Origin: Anthoceros angustus
Lineage: Eukaryota > Plantae > Anthocerotophyta
Direction: 5' to 3'
DNA length: 17,099 nt
NCBI GenBank assembly: GCA_010909165.1
Contig: VJWM01000406.1
Span: forward strand, 1 to 17,099
Notes under the pieces: generated by a model
The model's input: the letters and a program-made list of their open reading frames with translations, nothing else
Database searches by the model: none
What the model was told of the DNA's origin: nothing
Shown: positions 1 through 9,965 of the stretch, piece by piece
Layout: each line of letters begins with the position of its first letter
Numbering within the stretch: position 1 is the stretch's first letter
Translations under genes and position numbers: made by a program

Positions 1-1
1 C

Positions 2-270
2 GATGCTTCACGCAGCAACAATCGTGCTGAAGCCAACCATGAGCTACCAAGGGGAGTGTCTAGTCACCGATGCAAGGGTCATTTAGGCCCCACCGTATGG
101 CAAGCCCTTCACTGGTCATCGACCATCAGCCCCTCAAATGGCTGATGACCAACACCAAGTTGAGTGGGAAGCTTGCAAGGTGGGCCATGATCTTGCAGAC
201 TATGAATTTCAAGTGGTGCACCGACCGAGTCACACACCAAAACGCTGACACTCTCGAATCCCAAGAAGGC
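2..270 (+). CDS. pol: RNase H domain of gypsy pol, C-terminal part (frameshifted)
   Basis: Stitched translation DASRSNNRAEAN..SYQGECL...HFRP..YGKPF..VIDHQPLKWLMTNTKLSGKLARWAMILQ.YEF....HQNADTL matches the Ty3/gypsy RT-RNase H consensus (E-C-L-A, TDHxPL, RW, NADxLS). Confidence 0.9.
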
Positions 271-539
271 GTAAGATGTTATGGCCGACAGACCAAGATG
301 ATGGAGATCTGCATGTGTCGGTGGTCATGGTGGCTTTGATGCCTCGGGTGATGTCCAGTATGGGACAATCCCGAATATGGGACAGCCCCTTAGCATTGAG
401 CACATATGTCGGGGACAGGAGGTCCAAGGACATCCGGGAAGACTCAACTCTCCTATTTGTCCAAACAGGACATTTGATCAGCCATTGAGCACGCTGAGCA
501 AGAAAGAATTCGCCAGCTTCCAAGTATCAATGGCGTGAT

Positions 540-1480
540 GGGCATTTGCCGAGGAGGCTGACCAATGGCTGGAACGATTGGTGCCACCACGATAGGGAGC
601 AGCTCATCCGTCGAGTGCACGATGACATGGGCCATTTTGGAGTCAAGCGCATTTTAGCTTTGCTCCTCCCGCATTTCCATTGGCAAGGGATGTACGCCCA
701 AGTCTCAGTGGCCTGCAAGGATCGTGACAGGTGAAGACCTCCTTCACCATCCGTAACCTCACCTGCACCTTTGCCTATCATGGACCGTTTAGGTGGTCTT
801 GTGACTTGTTGGGTGAACTACCCAAGACACCACGAGGGAACGTGTACATTCTCGCCATGATGGAGCACTTCTCAAGTGGGTGGAGGTGGTCTCTGGACAA
901 GAGCTCCAAAAGCACCGCCAGCCTTTCTTTCAATGTGCCGAGTCGCTTTGGGAGTCACCGAGTGCTTGACGGATCGTGGGTCCGAATTTCGAGGGAATTC
1001 CAAGACCTCGGATGCACATCATCGACCATCGCAGACCAGAGACCATCCTCGCTGATGGCCCGGGCTGAACGGATGGCATGCACCATCAAGAAGGGTCTAA
1101 GGAAGCTCCTCAAATGCCCAAGACAGAGTGGGACTTGGCTCTTCCTTACATCGCCATGGCTACCGTATGAGTCGGCATGCCTCCTTGGCATTTCAGTCCC
1201 TACTTGCTGTTTGGGAGGGAACCCATGCCTAGCTCATTGCTAAGCAACTCTATGAGGTAGTGGATCCGGATGATCCAAAGAATGTGGGCAACGGTCAGCC
1301 GTGTCACAACAGCCGCAAGCCATGCCGATGGCCATGGCTAATTTGAGGATTGCCCAACATCGGGACACCCTTAGATATGCCCACACTGCAGCGCCTGCAC
1401 CCAAGCTCAAGAAATTTCGTGGGGGACTTTGTTTACTTGCAAGGTGGAGACACCCTTGACACCACCACCATGACATGTGC
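540..1480 (+). CDS. pol: Gypsy DDE integrase (HHCC zinc-binding region + rve core), frameshifted
   Basis: HDDMGHFGVKR...HFHWQGMYAQV..C from 618. Core D in WSCDLLGELPKT (803), D in LTDRGSEF (972), E in AERM (1067). SPYLLLFGREP-like segment at ~1195-1230. KKFR.GDFVYLQ at ~1410-1440. Confidence 0.9.
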
Positions 1481-1632
1481 TGCGAGTTCGGAGGTCAAGG
1501 AGAATGGTGTGCTAGTGCTACAAGGATCGGATGGACGTACCACCAAGGATCACATGAAAAATTGTGCGCCTTGCCATTTGCCCAACTGGATCCAACCATT
1601 GTCACCATTGATTGGGTACCTCCGGTGATTAC

Positions 1633-1756
1633 CCATGCAGTTGCGGGAGGAGGACGACCACAGGCTGATGCTTTGTCGACCAACTGTGGATACCACCTAT
1701 TTTGCTTGCGGCCGCCTCTCTCAGAGGTGCGGGAGCGGTATTGTCCACTATGTGCT
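1633..1756 (+). CDS. PHD zinc finger (C4HC3) at the C-terminus of pol/integrase, frameshifted
   Basis: Stitched across indels: YPC..CGR.DD...MLLCD.NCGYHLFCLRPPLSEV....YCPLC. NCGYHLFCLRPPLSEVRERYCPLC is in one frame in ORF 1475..1915. YHxxCLxPPL and CPxC are PHD hallmarks. Confidence 0.8.
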
Positions 1757-2090
1757 GCCTCTCCGTGGCCTCGTCGACACAAGCTTCAATGGCTGGGGGT
1801 AGGGCGGATGCTCTCCCAGCATACTTTGTTCTTTGCAAGGGGGACCCAGACTCATACTCGGGACTGCCGAAACTTTGGCCCCAATTCAGCTGATCCGAAT
1901 CTTGGGTGCCGATAAGTACGCATGTGAGGCAAGAAGCCAACAGGGGCATCCTTGCCATGGGACATGGCGTTCCACGGCCGGGGCCCATCGCCTTGGGACA
2001 TGGCGATCCCAGTCCTCACAGATTAAGGTGGAGTTGCCCGAGACAAGCTCATACTCGGGACAGGACTCCCAAACTTTTCACGTTTCCCGG

Positions 2091-2935
2091 TATCGGAGGT
2101 TGCAAGACTGAGTACATGGGTCCACGGCAGGACAGGTCCGGCCCATGGGACATGAGCCCCAGGACATGTCCAGCCATGGTATGGCAGTCCCAGCGGACTG
2201 CGGGATCCCCATGGGACATGGCGATCCCCAGCCGGGGATCCAGCCATGGGACATGGCGATCCACCGGGACAGCCCGATTGGCCAGCCATGGGACATTGCG
2301 TCCACCCGGATTGGACTGCCGGGCGTCAACCACCCAACGTCAAGACACAAGAACTAAGGCGCATGCAAAGAATGTGAACTCGATGTATGCTTGCTTTTAT
2401 ATACTACGTTTGGTTAGGCATTTTCATTAACCAAGGACATGAAAACATATCCTTTATTTTGATTGGCCCATAGTCCAAGGATTCATTTCCTTTAAATACT
2501 AGTTATAGGAAATAGATCCGTTATGAGCGGATAACTAGGTAGGCTAGACAAAGCCACTTAGTTTAGGTGTGAAACCAAAGCTGGACCCAAACCCAAACAA
2601 GGCACACGATCAAGCGTGGGAGGAGCACCACCAAGCGTGAGGTTGCTTCGCATGGCGCAAACATCGGAATCGAGCTGGAGCGTGGAGATGATGGCGGCGG
2701 GAATGAGGACCGTGGGGCAAGGAAGCAGGGTAGTCTTGAAATCGTGCACAGGCCTTGTTAGGGAGGAAAGCACTTTGTGAACCCTTGCAATCAAAATCCA
2801 AGATCGATTAGATCATGTGTTTTGCTCACGTGCTTCCTACAAGGCGCCAAGGCTCGATTCTGAGCTCCCGGCCAGTATAGCGGGCTGGCCAAGAAATCTT
2901 CAAGAAATCTCGTGATTCCGCCATTGCGCAGCGGA
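2091..2935 (+). repeat. LTR of copy A (3' LTR); boundaries approximate
   Basis: Homology with 6781-7705 starts here (gaggttgc(c)aag) and ends near ccattgcg. It has a GC-rich CCATGGGACAT array followed by an AT-rich promoter-like segment. The minus-strand copy begins with TG (15742). No canonical PPT or PBS was recognised. Confidence 0.7.
2461..2532 (+). promoter_or_regulatory. Putative LTR core promoter: reverse CCAAT (GATTGG), TATA-like TTTAAATA, downstream inverted repeat
   Basis: GATTGG at 2461, TTTAAATA at 2491-2498 and ATCCG-N7-CGGAT at 2516-2532. All three are conserved with the same spacing in the diverged LTR at 7204-7275. Function is inferred. Confidence 0.4.
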
Positions 2936-2944
2936 TCCCTTTGG

Positions 2945-3232
2945 GAGGTGCTCTCGGCATACTTTGTTCTTTGCAGGGGACCTTTTGACTCATACTCGGG
3001 CTAAACTTTGGTCAGCTCTGACAGTCCGAATCTTGGGTGCCGATAAGTGGGCACGTAACGAGAGGCAAGGAAGCCACAAATCCCTTGCCATGGGACATGG
3101 CGATTCCACGACCGGGGCTGGATCCCGGACAGGACATGGTCCCACAGTCCTCACAGTTAAGATTGGTGGAGTTGCCCCGAGACAAGCTCATACTCGGGAC
3201 ACCGGGACTCCCAAACTTTTCACGTTTCACGG
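2945..3232 (+). repeat. Partial duplicate of the pol end / 3' UTR (paralogous to ~1805-2090)
   Basis: Shared blocks gcatactttgttctttgca, gactcatactcggg, tccgaatcttgggtgccgataagt, cccttgccatgggacatggcg(a/t)tccac and gagacaagctcatactcgggac...actcccaaacttttcacgtttc. Confidence 0.9.
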
Positions 3233-3351
3233 ATGATTCGGGCATCTTGGCGTCGGCAGACACGGTGCCGAGTCTTCTTTGGTTGGCTTGGTGCTTTTTC
3301 AATCACTGACGTGGGGCTGATCCCCTTTTCTTGTACGTGCTTTCATGGGGG

Positions 3352-5100
3352 ATGCACTCTGAGGAGGAGGATACAAGCCCGCGCTTGGCTTGAACTCGCA
3401 ACATTTCCGAGTACCCCGAGCGCCTACACTAGGAGGAGGAGGACAGCAAGGCGACAACAGCGTTGGGTAGAGGAGGTGGAGGATAACATTAGGCCTGGAC
3501 ACCACCTCTACCTCAAGATCTGTGGACAACTGGTCTCCCTTGATCGAGCTCGCTACATCGCTGGTGGACAACCTTGATTCCGAGGAGGAGGAGGCTGTCC
3601 ATACTCGGGACAGTCCCAAGCGCAGCTACAGCCGAGACCCCAAGCGCTGCCATCCTCGACAGTGCACCATATTCGGGACAGTCCCAGGATACTGACAGTC
3701 CAAGAACACCTATACCGACAAATTCTGGGGCACCCACACTTGGGACAGTCCTGTGGGCACCACACTTGGGACAGAAAGTGCAGCTAAGTTGGAACAGTCC
3801 CAGGCTCAACCATACTGGACAGTCTCAACTCCAACTCCACTTGGACCAAGATCTATCCAAGATTCAGACGCTATGGAGGGAGGAGGAACCCCACAGGGAG
3901 CAGGAAGGCCTGGTACACAACCATTGCGGACTTCAAGCTGTTGTCAACAGCATGATCAGCCGAGTGAAGTTCAAGCATGGAACGGCGACAATCATCGGTA
4001 CATGTTCGAGCAGTTGTCCAGCTACTTGACAGATGAAGCGCTGGATTTGTATGAGGTCCACCAGGTTGAGTTGTCCACAGCAGCCACTCCTAACCCGATC
4101 TTTCAGAATGCGCTGCTGGCCTACAATGCAAAGTTGGCCTCGGGATCATTGCGCATCAGGCTGGGATCGCTGATGGATCTGTCCAGCCCACAGAGCCTCC
4201 ACCCACAGTCACCAGCTTGACTGCAGCGGAGAGAACAGCGGCCACTTTGGGAGTGGATGAGTTCATTCACACGCCCAAACATGCCAACCCGGTGGAGGAG
4301 TTTCTGCAGATTCTGGAGAAGGCGTTTCCACTCAAGACGCCAGAGAAAATCGCTGAGCTTGCTAGCTTTGCGCGCAAGAAAGGGGAGACAGTCCAGATGA
4401 CCTTCCAAGGCTGCAGAAGTTGCGTGAAGGGACCGGAATGCTCACAGATCAGGAGGCAGCGGAGAAGTTCCTTACAGCGCTGGAAGGGGACTCCTTGTTC
4501 CATTTCCAGCTTGTCACCTCTCTGGTGGACAAGTACGGAGACCGGTACACCCTTGAACAGGTGCACGAGGAGGCAGAGCGCAAGGAAATTGCCTTTTCTG
4601 CCTATGCCTCCCGGCATTCCAAGGCATTCACCCACTACCAGACCATGTTCAGCAGCAAAGGGGTGACTGCTGGGGGCGGGACCTCAGGATCAGTCCGGAG
4701 TAACCAGGCTAAACCGGCTAAAGCAGGTGCTGCAGCGACTGTGGAAGGCACATGTAATCGCTGTAGTCCGAGCACATGGCACCACGTGCAAGTGTCCCCA
4801 GAGGGACTAGTGTGCTCCCATTGCCACAAGACGGGCCACCTTGAAGCGGTGTGCTTCCGAAGCATCCGGGCGAGCCAGGAGGAGCTTCCAATGTGACAGT
4901 GCACTAACACAGTTTCTGCCAGTGCCTCATCAGCGGGCGCAGCTGGAGTTTCACGCGGCAAGCAGCAGCGTGACAAGGCAAAGGCCAAGGTGGCTGCAAG
5001 TGCTGATAAGGTCGCCTCGTTGGAGGCATCCATTGCAGCCTCACCACGCAGATGGGTACACTCATTGCTAGCCTTAACTCTGGTGCCTCAGCAGCGTCCA
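3352..5100 (+). CDS. gag: Gag (frameshifted) with two CCHC zinc knuckles
   Basis: Putative start atgcactctgag is mirrored by atgcaccctgaa at 8519. ORFs 3753, 4217 and 4420 stitch into one protein (YMFEQLSSYLTDEALDLYE...NPVEEFLQILEKAFP...DQEAAEKFLTALEGDSLFHFQLVTSLVDKYGDRYTLEQV). CNRC..PEH (4753) and CSHCHKTGHLEAVC (4813-4854). Confidence 0.8.
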
Positions 5101-5794
5101 AGCCTGTAGGAGCAGCCGCGCATTCCTATGCCAAGTGAGGATGAAGAAGACTATGGACCACCGCACCAAGCTTGCGTGGTTCACTGTTCGCCCATCATGG
5201 AGCAGTCCTCGCCGTTACCAGCAACATGGGTGGGTCAAGAATTGCACTCAGCAATTGTAGGCCTGCATCTGGAACTTCTGGACCAGTCACTCGACCTCGG
5301 TAGCGTGCGGCTATGCCTCAGTCCTTCAGCACGCTCCCATCAGGAGTGGTCCTCCCCATTCGAGGACAAGATCATCTCAGCGAGGATGCTGGCGGAATGG
5401 CACGCTCAAGGGACAGCACCCGGAGCATTTACTTCTGGGTCAGCTGTACCTCGTGCCTCAAGCTCTCACTGCTGAACAGCTGGCTAGGAGATTGACAGCG
5501 GCCGGTGTTCTCTCTTCATGACATGGGCTTGACTTCTGCGCCCGCCAAGTGCTGGAGACAGGAGGCGGATGCATCCATTGACAGACAGGCCCCTGTTACA
5601 GCTCTGGCTGGTGCTGAATGTGAGGCATACCCACCTCCGTGCTTGGGACGGAGTTGTTCCGACGGTGGACAGGCTCCCTTGCCGGACAGTTGGGGTGCTT
5701 CCTCTCAGGGCAGTCGGTGTACTCCACTCAGCTTCTCCAAACCAAGGTCACCCGGATTCAGCCAACCAATCGGTTGTCGGCCGAGTTTCCAATA

Positions 5795-6170
5795 CCATGG
5801 TGGACAACAGGAAGGGACACGTGCTGATCAATGGGTATGCTCGAAGCTCGTCCTCCTTGATACAGGTGCGCCGGTGATCATTGGCAAGACACTGGCAGCC
5901 AGATTGCACCTAAGTGGTCCAGCCTTGCGTCGTTCACCCTGGAACATCCGGACAGCATCAGGTTCCTTGGAACCGGTGTGGAGAAACATTGGCGCCGGTA
6001 TCTATCACGTTGAAGCCTGGAGCGGATGCTGCCATGACATTGGCTCTTCATTGCCTTGTCTGGCGGCAACCAACTCGACATACTCCTTGGACAGGAGTTC
6101 CTGTTTCCACCAGGTGTCAGCGTGGATAACTGGATTGAGCAAGCTGCCTATCGCCCTGATTGGAGGAATG
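5795..6170 (+). CDS. pol: Retroviral-type aspartic protease (copy B), frameshifted
   Basis: GHVLINGY..KLVLLDTGAPVIIGK, with catalytic DTG at 5859-5867, and a downstream LDILLGQEFL motif. Confidence 0.85.
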
Positions 6171-6564
6171 GAGGACAGCGCATTGCTTACATTCCATTGG
6201 ACTTGCATGGCAGTATCGGCGTGGACGCTGTCACCTTGGTTACGCCACAGGTGCTGATGGCCACTCTACAATCAGACCCAGCGCTTTGGGACTCCCACAG
6301 TCCCGTAGCCGAGATTGTCTCAGTGGCTGTCACGGCTCCTCGATACATGGAAGATTTGCTGGAGCCAGACCTCAGGATGACCATGGGACAGCCACCAGTC
6401 TGTCGGCTGCCACATGCCTTGAGATGTCCTCCTGGACGGTGAGGTGCTGATTCTTTGCAGCTCCTCACTCCACAAGTGCGCAAAGCTGCAGCAGCTACAG
6501 CCACCGCCGAGTGTCCACGTTTTCGTGTCATTGACAAGTGTCATCATCACCTGGACACCAGGCA

Positions 6565-6780
6565 CCGGGCATTACAATGCTGGAACTGTTCGGAGGATTG
6601 TGCACAGGCCTGGAAGCTCTACTTCAGAATGGGCTAGTAGTCATGCGCTATATCTATTACTCCGGCCCCGCAACTCAAGACATCGGCATGCCTCTGCGGG
6701 CTGCAGCAGCTGCTTTCCCGGCTCAATTGCTCGCCTTACGGCAAGCCAAGACTTTACAAACCTTCCCTCAGACATCCGCT
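6565..6780 (+). CDS. N-terminal fragment of a Dnmt3-like C5-cytosine methyltransferase in pol, truncated by an LTR
   Basis: GITMLELFGGLCTGLEALLQNGLVVMRYIYY in one frame (6568-6660). This is motif I, the SAM-binding (E/D)LFxG loop, followed by strand 2. It is homologous to the start of the complete domain at 11650. Confidence 0.8.
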
Positions 6781-7705
6781 GAGGTTGCCAAGACCGTCGC
6801 AGTGGTACATGGTGTCCACACCGGACAACCCGGATCGCCCTGTACCATGGACATGGTAGTCAAGTACCGACAGCCGGATTGCCCCAAACATATACATGGC
6901 CCACAGCCGATCGGGCCGGGATCGTCTCACCATGGGACATGGCAGCCCCACGTACCGGATCGCCGGGATCGGTTCCCAATGATGGACATGGCATCCCACA
7001 CCGAAGAGACTGACAGGATTGGGCCATGGGACATTGCGCCCCACAAACGGGATCGCCGGGATCCCGGACCGTCGCAGCCACCAGCCCAACGTCAAACACA
7101 AGGACTAAGGTACGCACTAAAAGAATGTGAAGTTGATGTATGTTTGTTTTATAAACTACGTCTAGTTGGTCATTTTTTAAACCAAGAACATGTCCTTTAT
7201 TTTGATTGGCCCATAGTCCAAGGATGTATTTCTTTTAAATACTCGTTCTAGAAAATAGATCCGTTATGAACGGATAAGTAGGTCAAGAATAGCTGCTTAG
7301 CTATAGGTGTGAAAGGGCTAAGTATAGGCCCCAAATGCTGCGTGTGTTCAACGTGGGAGAGGAAGAACCAAGAGCGTGAGCTGCCGTTTGCATCATGGCG
7401 CAAACAGCAGCTGGAGGACGGGCAAAGCGGGGCGTGAGGATGATGACCAGCGTGAGGATGAGGACCGCGAGGCGAGGATCGGAGGGTTTCAGTCTTCGAA
7501 ATCGCGCCTGGAGCGCGCTGCTGTTGGGAACCAAAGCACTTTGTGAATCTTGCGCAATCCATGAATCAAATCGTGTAGATCTGCGGATTTTGCTCACTGT
7601 GTGTCTCCCGCTGCGGCGCCAAGGCGTGATTTACGGACTCCCAGCCAGCGCAAACTGGGCTGGCCAAGGAAGCTTCAAGAAAAACCACGATTCGCACCCA
7701 TTGCG
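6781..7705 (+). repeat. 5' LTR of copy C (diverged from the LTR at 2091-2935)
   Basis: Shared blocks gaggttgccaagac, ccatgggacattgcg, cccaacgtcaa.acacaag.actaagg, cctttattttgattggcccatagtccaaggat, aaatagatccgttatga.cggataa, catggcgcaaaca, aaagcactttgtgaa and ggctggccaag. Confidence 0.75.
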
Positions 7706-7960
7706 GGGCAAATCTCAGCATTTTGAAGACTGATCTTCCAGGGACGCTTCTCCAATCCGGAGCGGCGATATTCTAGGCGCCTCCCCCACCTAGGGCGACG
7801 CCATTCTGGAGCTGAGGACGCGGGCGCTTAAAGATCGCAACGCCTTTTCCAGCCCAATCCACAAGGCATATCTGGTCACCGGGATTTCACGAGCTAACCT
7901 GGACAGCTGGTCCTCCATGTACCTGCTGATCACTCCCATTGCAGATCTTGCATCCAGCAG

Positions 7961-8108
7961 TCCTAGCTTAGGCGGGCTACAGCCTTGTGCAACAGCTAGG
8001 GACAAAATCCGTGAGTTTGCTGTTCATTTTTCAATTCCAGAGCTTAGCATTCGGGATCTCTAGCTTGGGTGGGTTACAGCTTTGCTGACAGCTAGAGGCA
8101 GATCCTAC
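7961..8108 (+). repeat. Diverged ~45 bp direct repeat pair in the 5' leader
   Basis: tcctagcttaggcgggctacagccttgtgcaacagctagggacaaaatcc (7961-8010) versus tctagcttgggtgggttacagctttgctgacagctagaggcagatcct (~8059-8106). Confidence 0.55.
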
Positions 8109-8342
8109 TTGCCCCACTTCCCATCTCCATCAAGGATCAGAGGTAGGCAAGGTGCAGCTTAGCCAGAATTTCAGCATTTCAATCATTCAATCAGCAGATC
8201 ATTTGAGCCTGTAGGCGTTGCTAGGGGCAAGCTAGTCACAGTAGCTGCAGGAACCTCTGGAAATTCAAGCCTGTAGGTGAGGATATTTTTTGGCTGACCT
8301 CTAGGGTCCTAGGACTGTCCCATATTCGGGACTGTCCCATGC

Positions 8343-8409
8343 GCCGGGACTGCTGGAAGAGTCCCAGCAAAAAGGGACATTACAATCCCACTGCCGGGAC
8401 TGCTGGAAG
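8343..8409 (+). repeat. Exact 17 bp direct repeat
   Basis: gccgggactgctggaag at 8343-8359 and 8393-8409. Confidence 0.7.
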
Positions 8410-8518
8410 GAGCTTTCACACCAGGCTTGAGCAACAGGAGCGGGTTGTCCTTGGGAGCTTGCTGCTTCCCATCTTTTTGGGGGTGACTCACTGACCTCGT
8501 GTTTTGCTCACATGGGTG

Positions 8519-9965
8519 ATGCACCCTGAAGGACATGAGACCAGTCCTCGCTACCGTTTGAGAACGCGGGATATCGACTGACCACCCCCGAGCTGCACAG
8601 CCGAAGGAGGCGTTCTTTTCAACACCAAAGCACGGGAGGAGTTGGCGGTTTACGGAGCTCGGCACGCCACTGCCACCTTGGAGACAAGAACCAGCTGGTC
8701 TCCATTTGTAGATCTCAACACCGGCAAAGAATCATCCGACTCCTTGCCGAGAGATCAGCCGGGACAAACTTGTCCCAATTTGAGCTCTTACAGACAAGAT
8801 CGAATCACCGATCTTTGGAGGACCGGACACCATGGAAGGTGGAGGACCCTCATACAGTGTGGATGATTTTCCCGGGAGGCCGCACTATCTGCGAGATTTT
8901 CTACCATCTCAACGCTATCATCACCGGTCGTTCAAGCATGGCGCCGCTTATAATCACCAAGACATGTTTGAACAAATTTTTCAAGCTACTTATGGACGAG
9001 GCTGGATTTGTATGAGGCACATCAAGCGGATTTGTCTTCTACCATCTCCACGGTGAATCATCAAGGAGCCGGCTTGCCTACAATGGCAAGTTGGCCACGG
9101 CCGTGAGTGCCCACGCCAAGATTGCCGCTGAACAAGCCGCTGCCACTGCTCAGCCACCATCCGTGGTGAGTCTAACGGCTGCCGAGAGGGTGGCAGCCAC
9201 GGTTGGGGTCCCGAGTTCATCCAAACTCCCAAGTACCTCAATCCGTGGAGGAGTTCATGGCCATCCTCGAGAAGGCGTTTCCGCCAAGACTCACGAGAAA
9301 ATAGCCGAGCTGGCTGGCCGCCGCAAGAAGGGGTGAGATCTCAGATGACCTTCGCAGCTCCGTGGTCGCGAGAAGGCACCGGGATGTTGATTGACCAAGA
9401 GGCGTGAGAAGTTTCTACTGCGTTGGAGGGGATCCATTGTTCCACTTTCAACTTGTCACCTCTTTGGTGGACAAGTATGGGGACAGCTACACCGAACAGG
9501 TCCATGAAGAAGCGGAGCGCAAGGAAAATCGCGCTTTCAGCGATGCTTCTCGACACTCCAAGGCCTTCACGCACTATCAAAGTATGTTTTCCAGCAAGGG
9601 AACACATCCGGAGGCGTGGATCGGGGTTTCCAAGCCCATTCAGGCCAGGCCAATCAAGTCAAGTCAGCCACCACATACAGGCAATCACTGTGGCAGCCCG
9701 GATCATTTGGCTCCGCAAGCTTCCGTGGAAGGTTTGCATTGTTCCCATTGCAACAAGAGCCATTTGGTTACACTGCTTCAAGCATCCGGAGCGCAGAGTA
9801 TCGGCGGCCCACACCTTCACCGGACTCCTACAACAGCTCGCGCTCAAATGCGTCGAAGGGCCGATCACAATGGAATGGGGCCAAGGCCAAGGAGCGGCTA
9901 ACGCCGACAAGATTGCCGCATTGAGGCAGCAAGGCAGCACTTACACCAGCCTGGGAGCCAGCTAG
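8519..9965 (+). CDS. gag: Gag of copy C (frameshifted), zinc-knuckle region at ~9680-9780
   Basis: MEGGG..., DMFEQ..SYLMDE, LTAAERVAATVGV, ILEKAF, GDPLFHFQLVTSLVDKYGDSY, SRHSKAFTHYQSMFSSKG and HCGSPDHLAPQASVEGLHCSHCNK. Clearly homologous to the gag at 3352-5100. Confidence 0.8.

Larger units (their letters stand above)
1..2935 (+). mobile_element. 3' half of a Ty3/gypsy LTR retrotransposon (copy A): RNase H - integrase - PHD - 3' UTR - LTR
   Basis: RNase H precedes integrase (gypsy order). A PHD finger lies at the end of pol, followed by an ~850 bp block that recurs at 6781-7705 (+), 14900-15742 (-) and partly at 16431-16722 (-). Confidence 0.9.
3233..6780 (+). mobile_element. Internal fragment of a related gypsy element (copy B): gag - protease - methyltransferase N-terminus
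   Basis: Colinear with copy C (8500-11900) at the protein level. It has no LTR at its 5' end and stops where an LTR begins at ~6781. Confidence 0.85.

Noticed and set aside
1480-1893. Chromodomain at the integrase C-terminus
   Set aside because: No YLVKW-type motif was seen; the Cys/His pattern fits a PHD instead.
1955-2300. CCATGGGACAT and CATACTCGGGAC repeats as a CRISPR array
   Set aside because: Repeats are only 11-14 bp, irregularly spaced, inside retrotransposon LTR/linker DNA, with no cas genes.
2653-2664. CA|TGGCGCAAAC as LTR end plus tRNA primer-binding site (also at ~7395)
   Set aside because: I cannot match it to a specific tRNA 3' end by eye, and homology among all copies continues ~280 bp further. 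Left unresolved.
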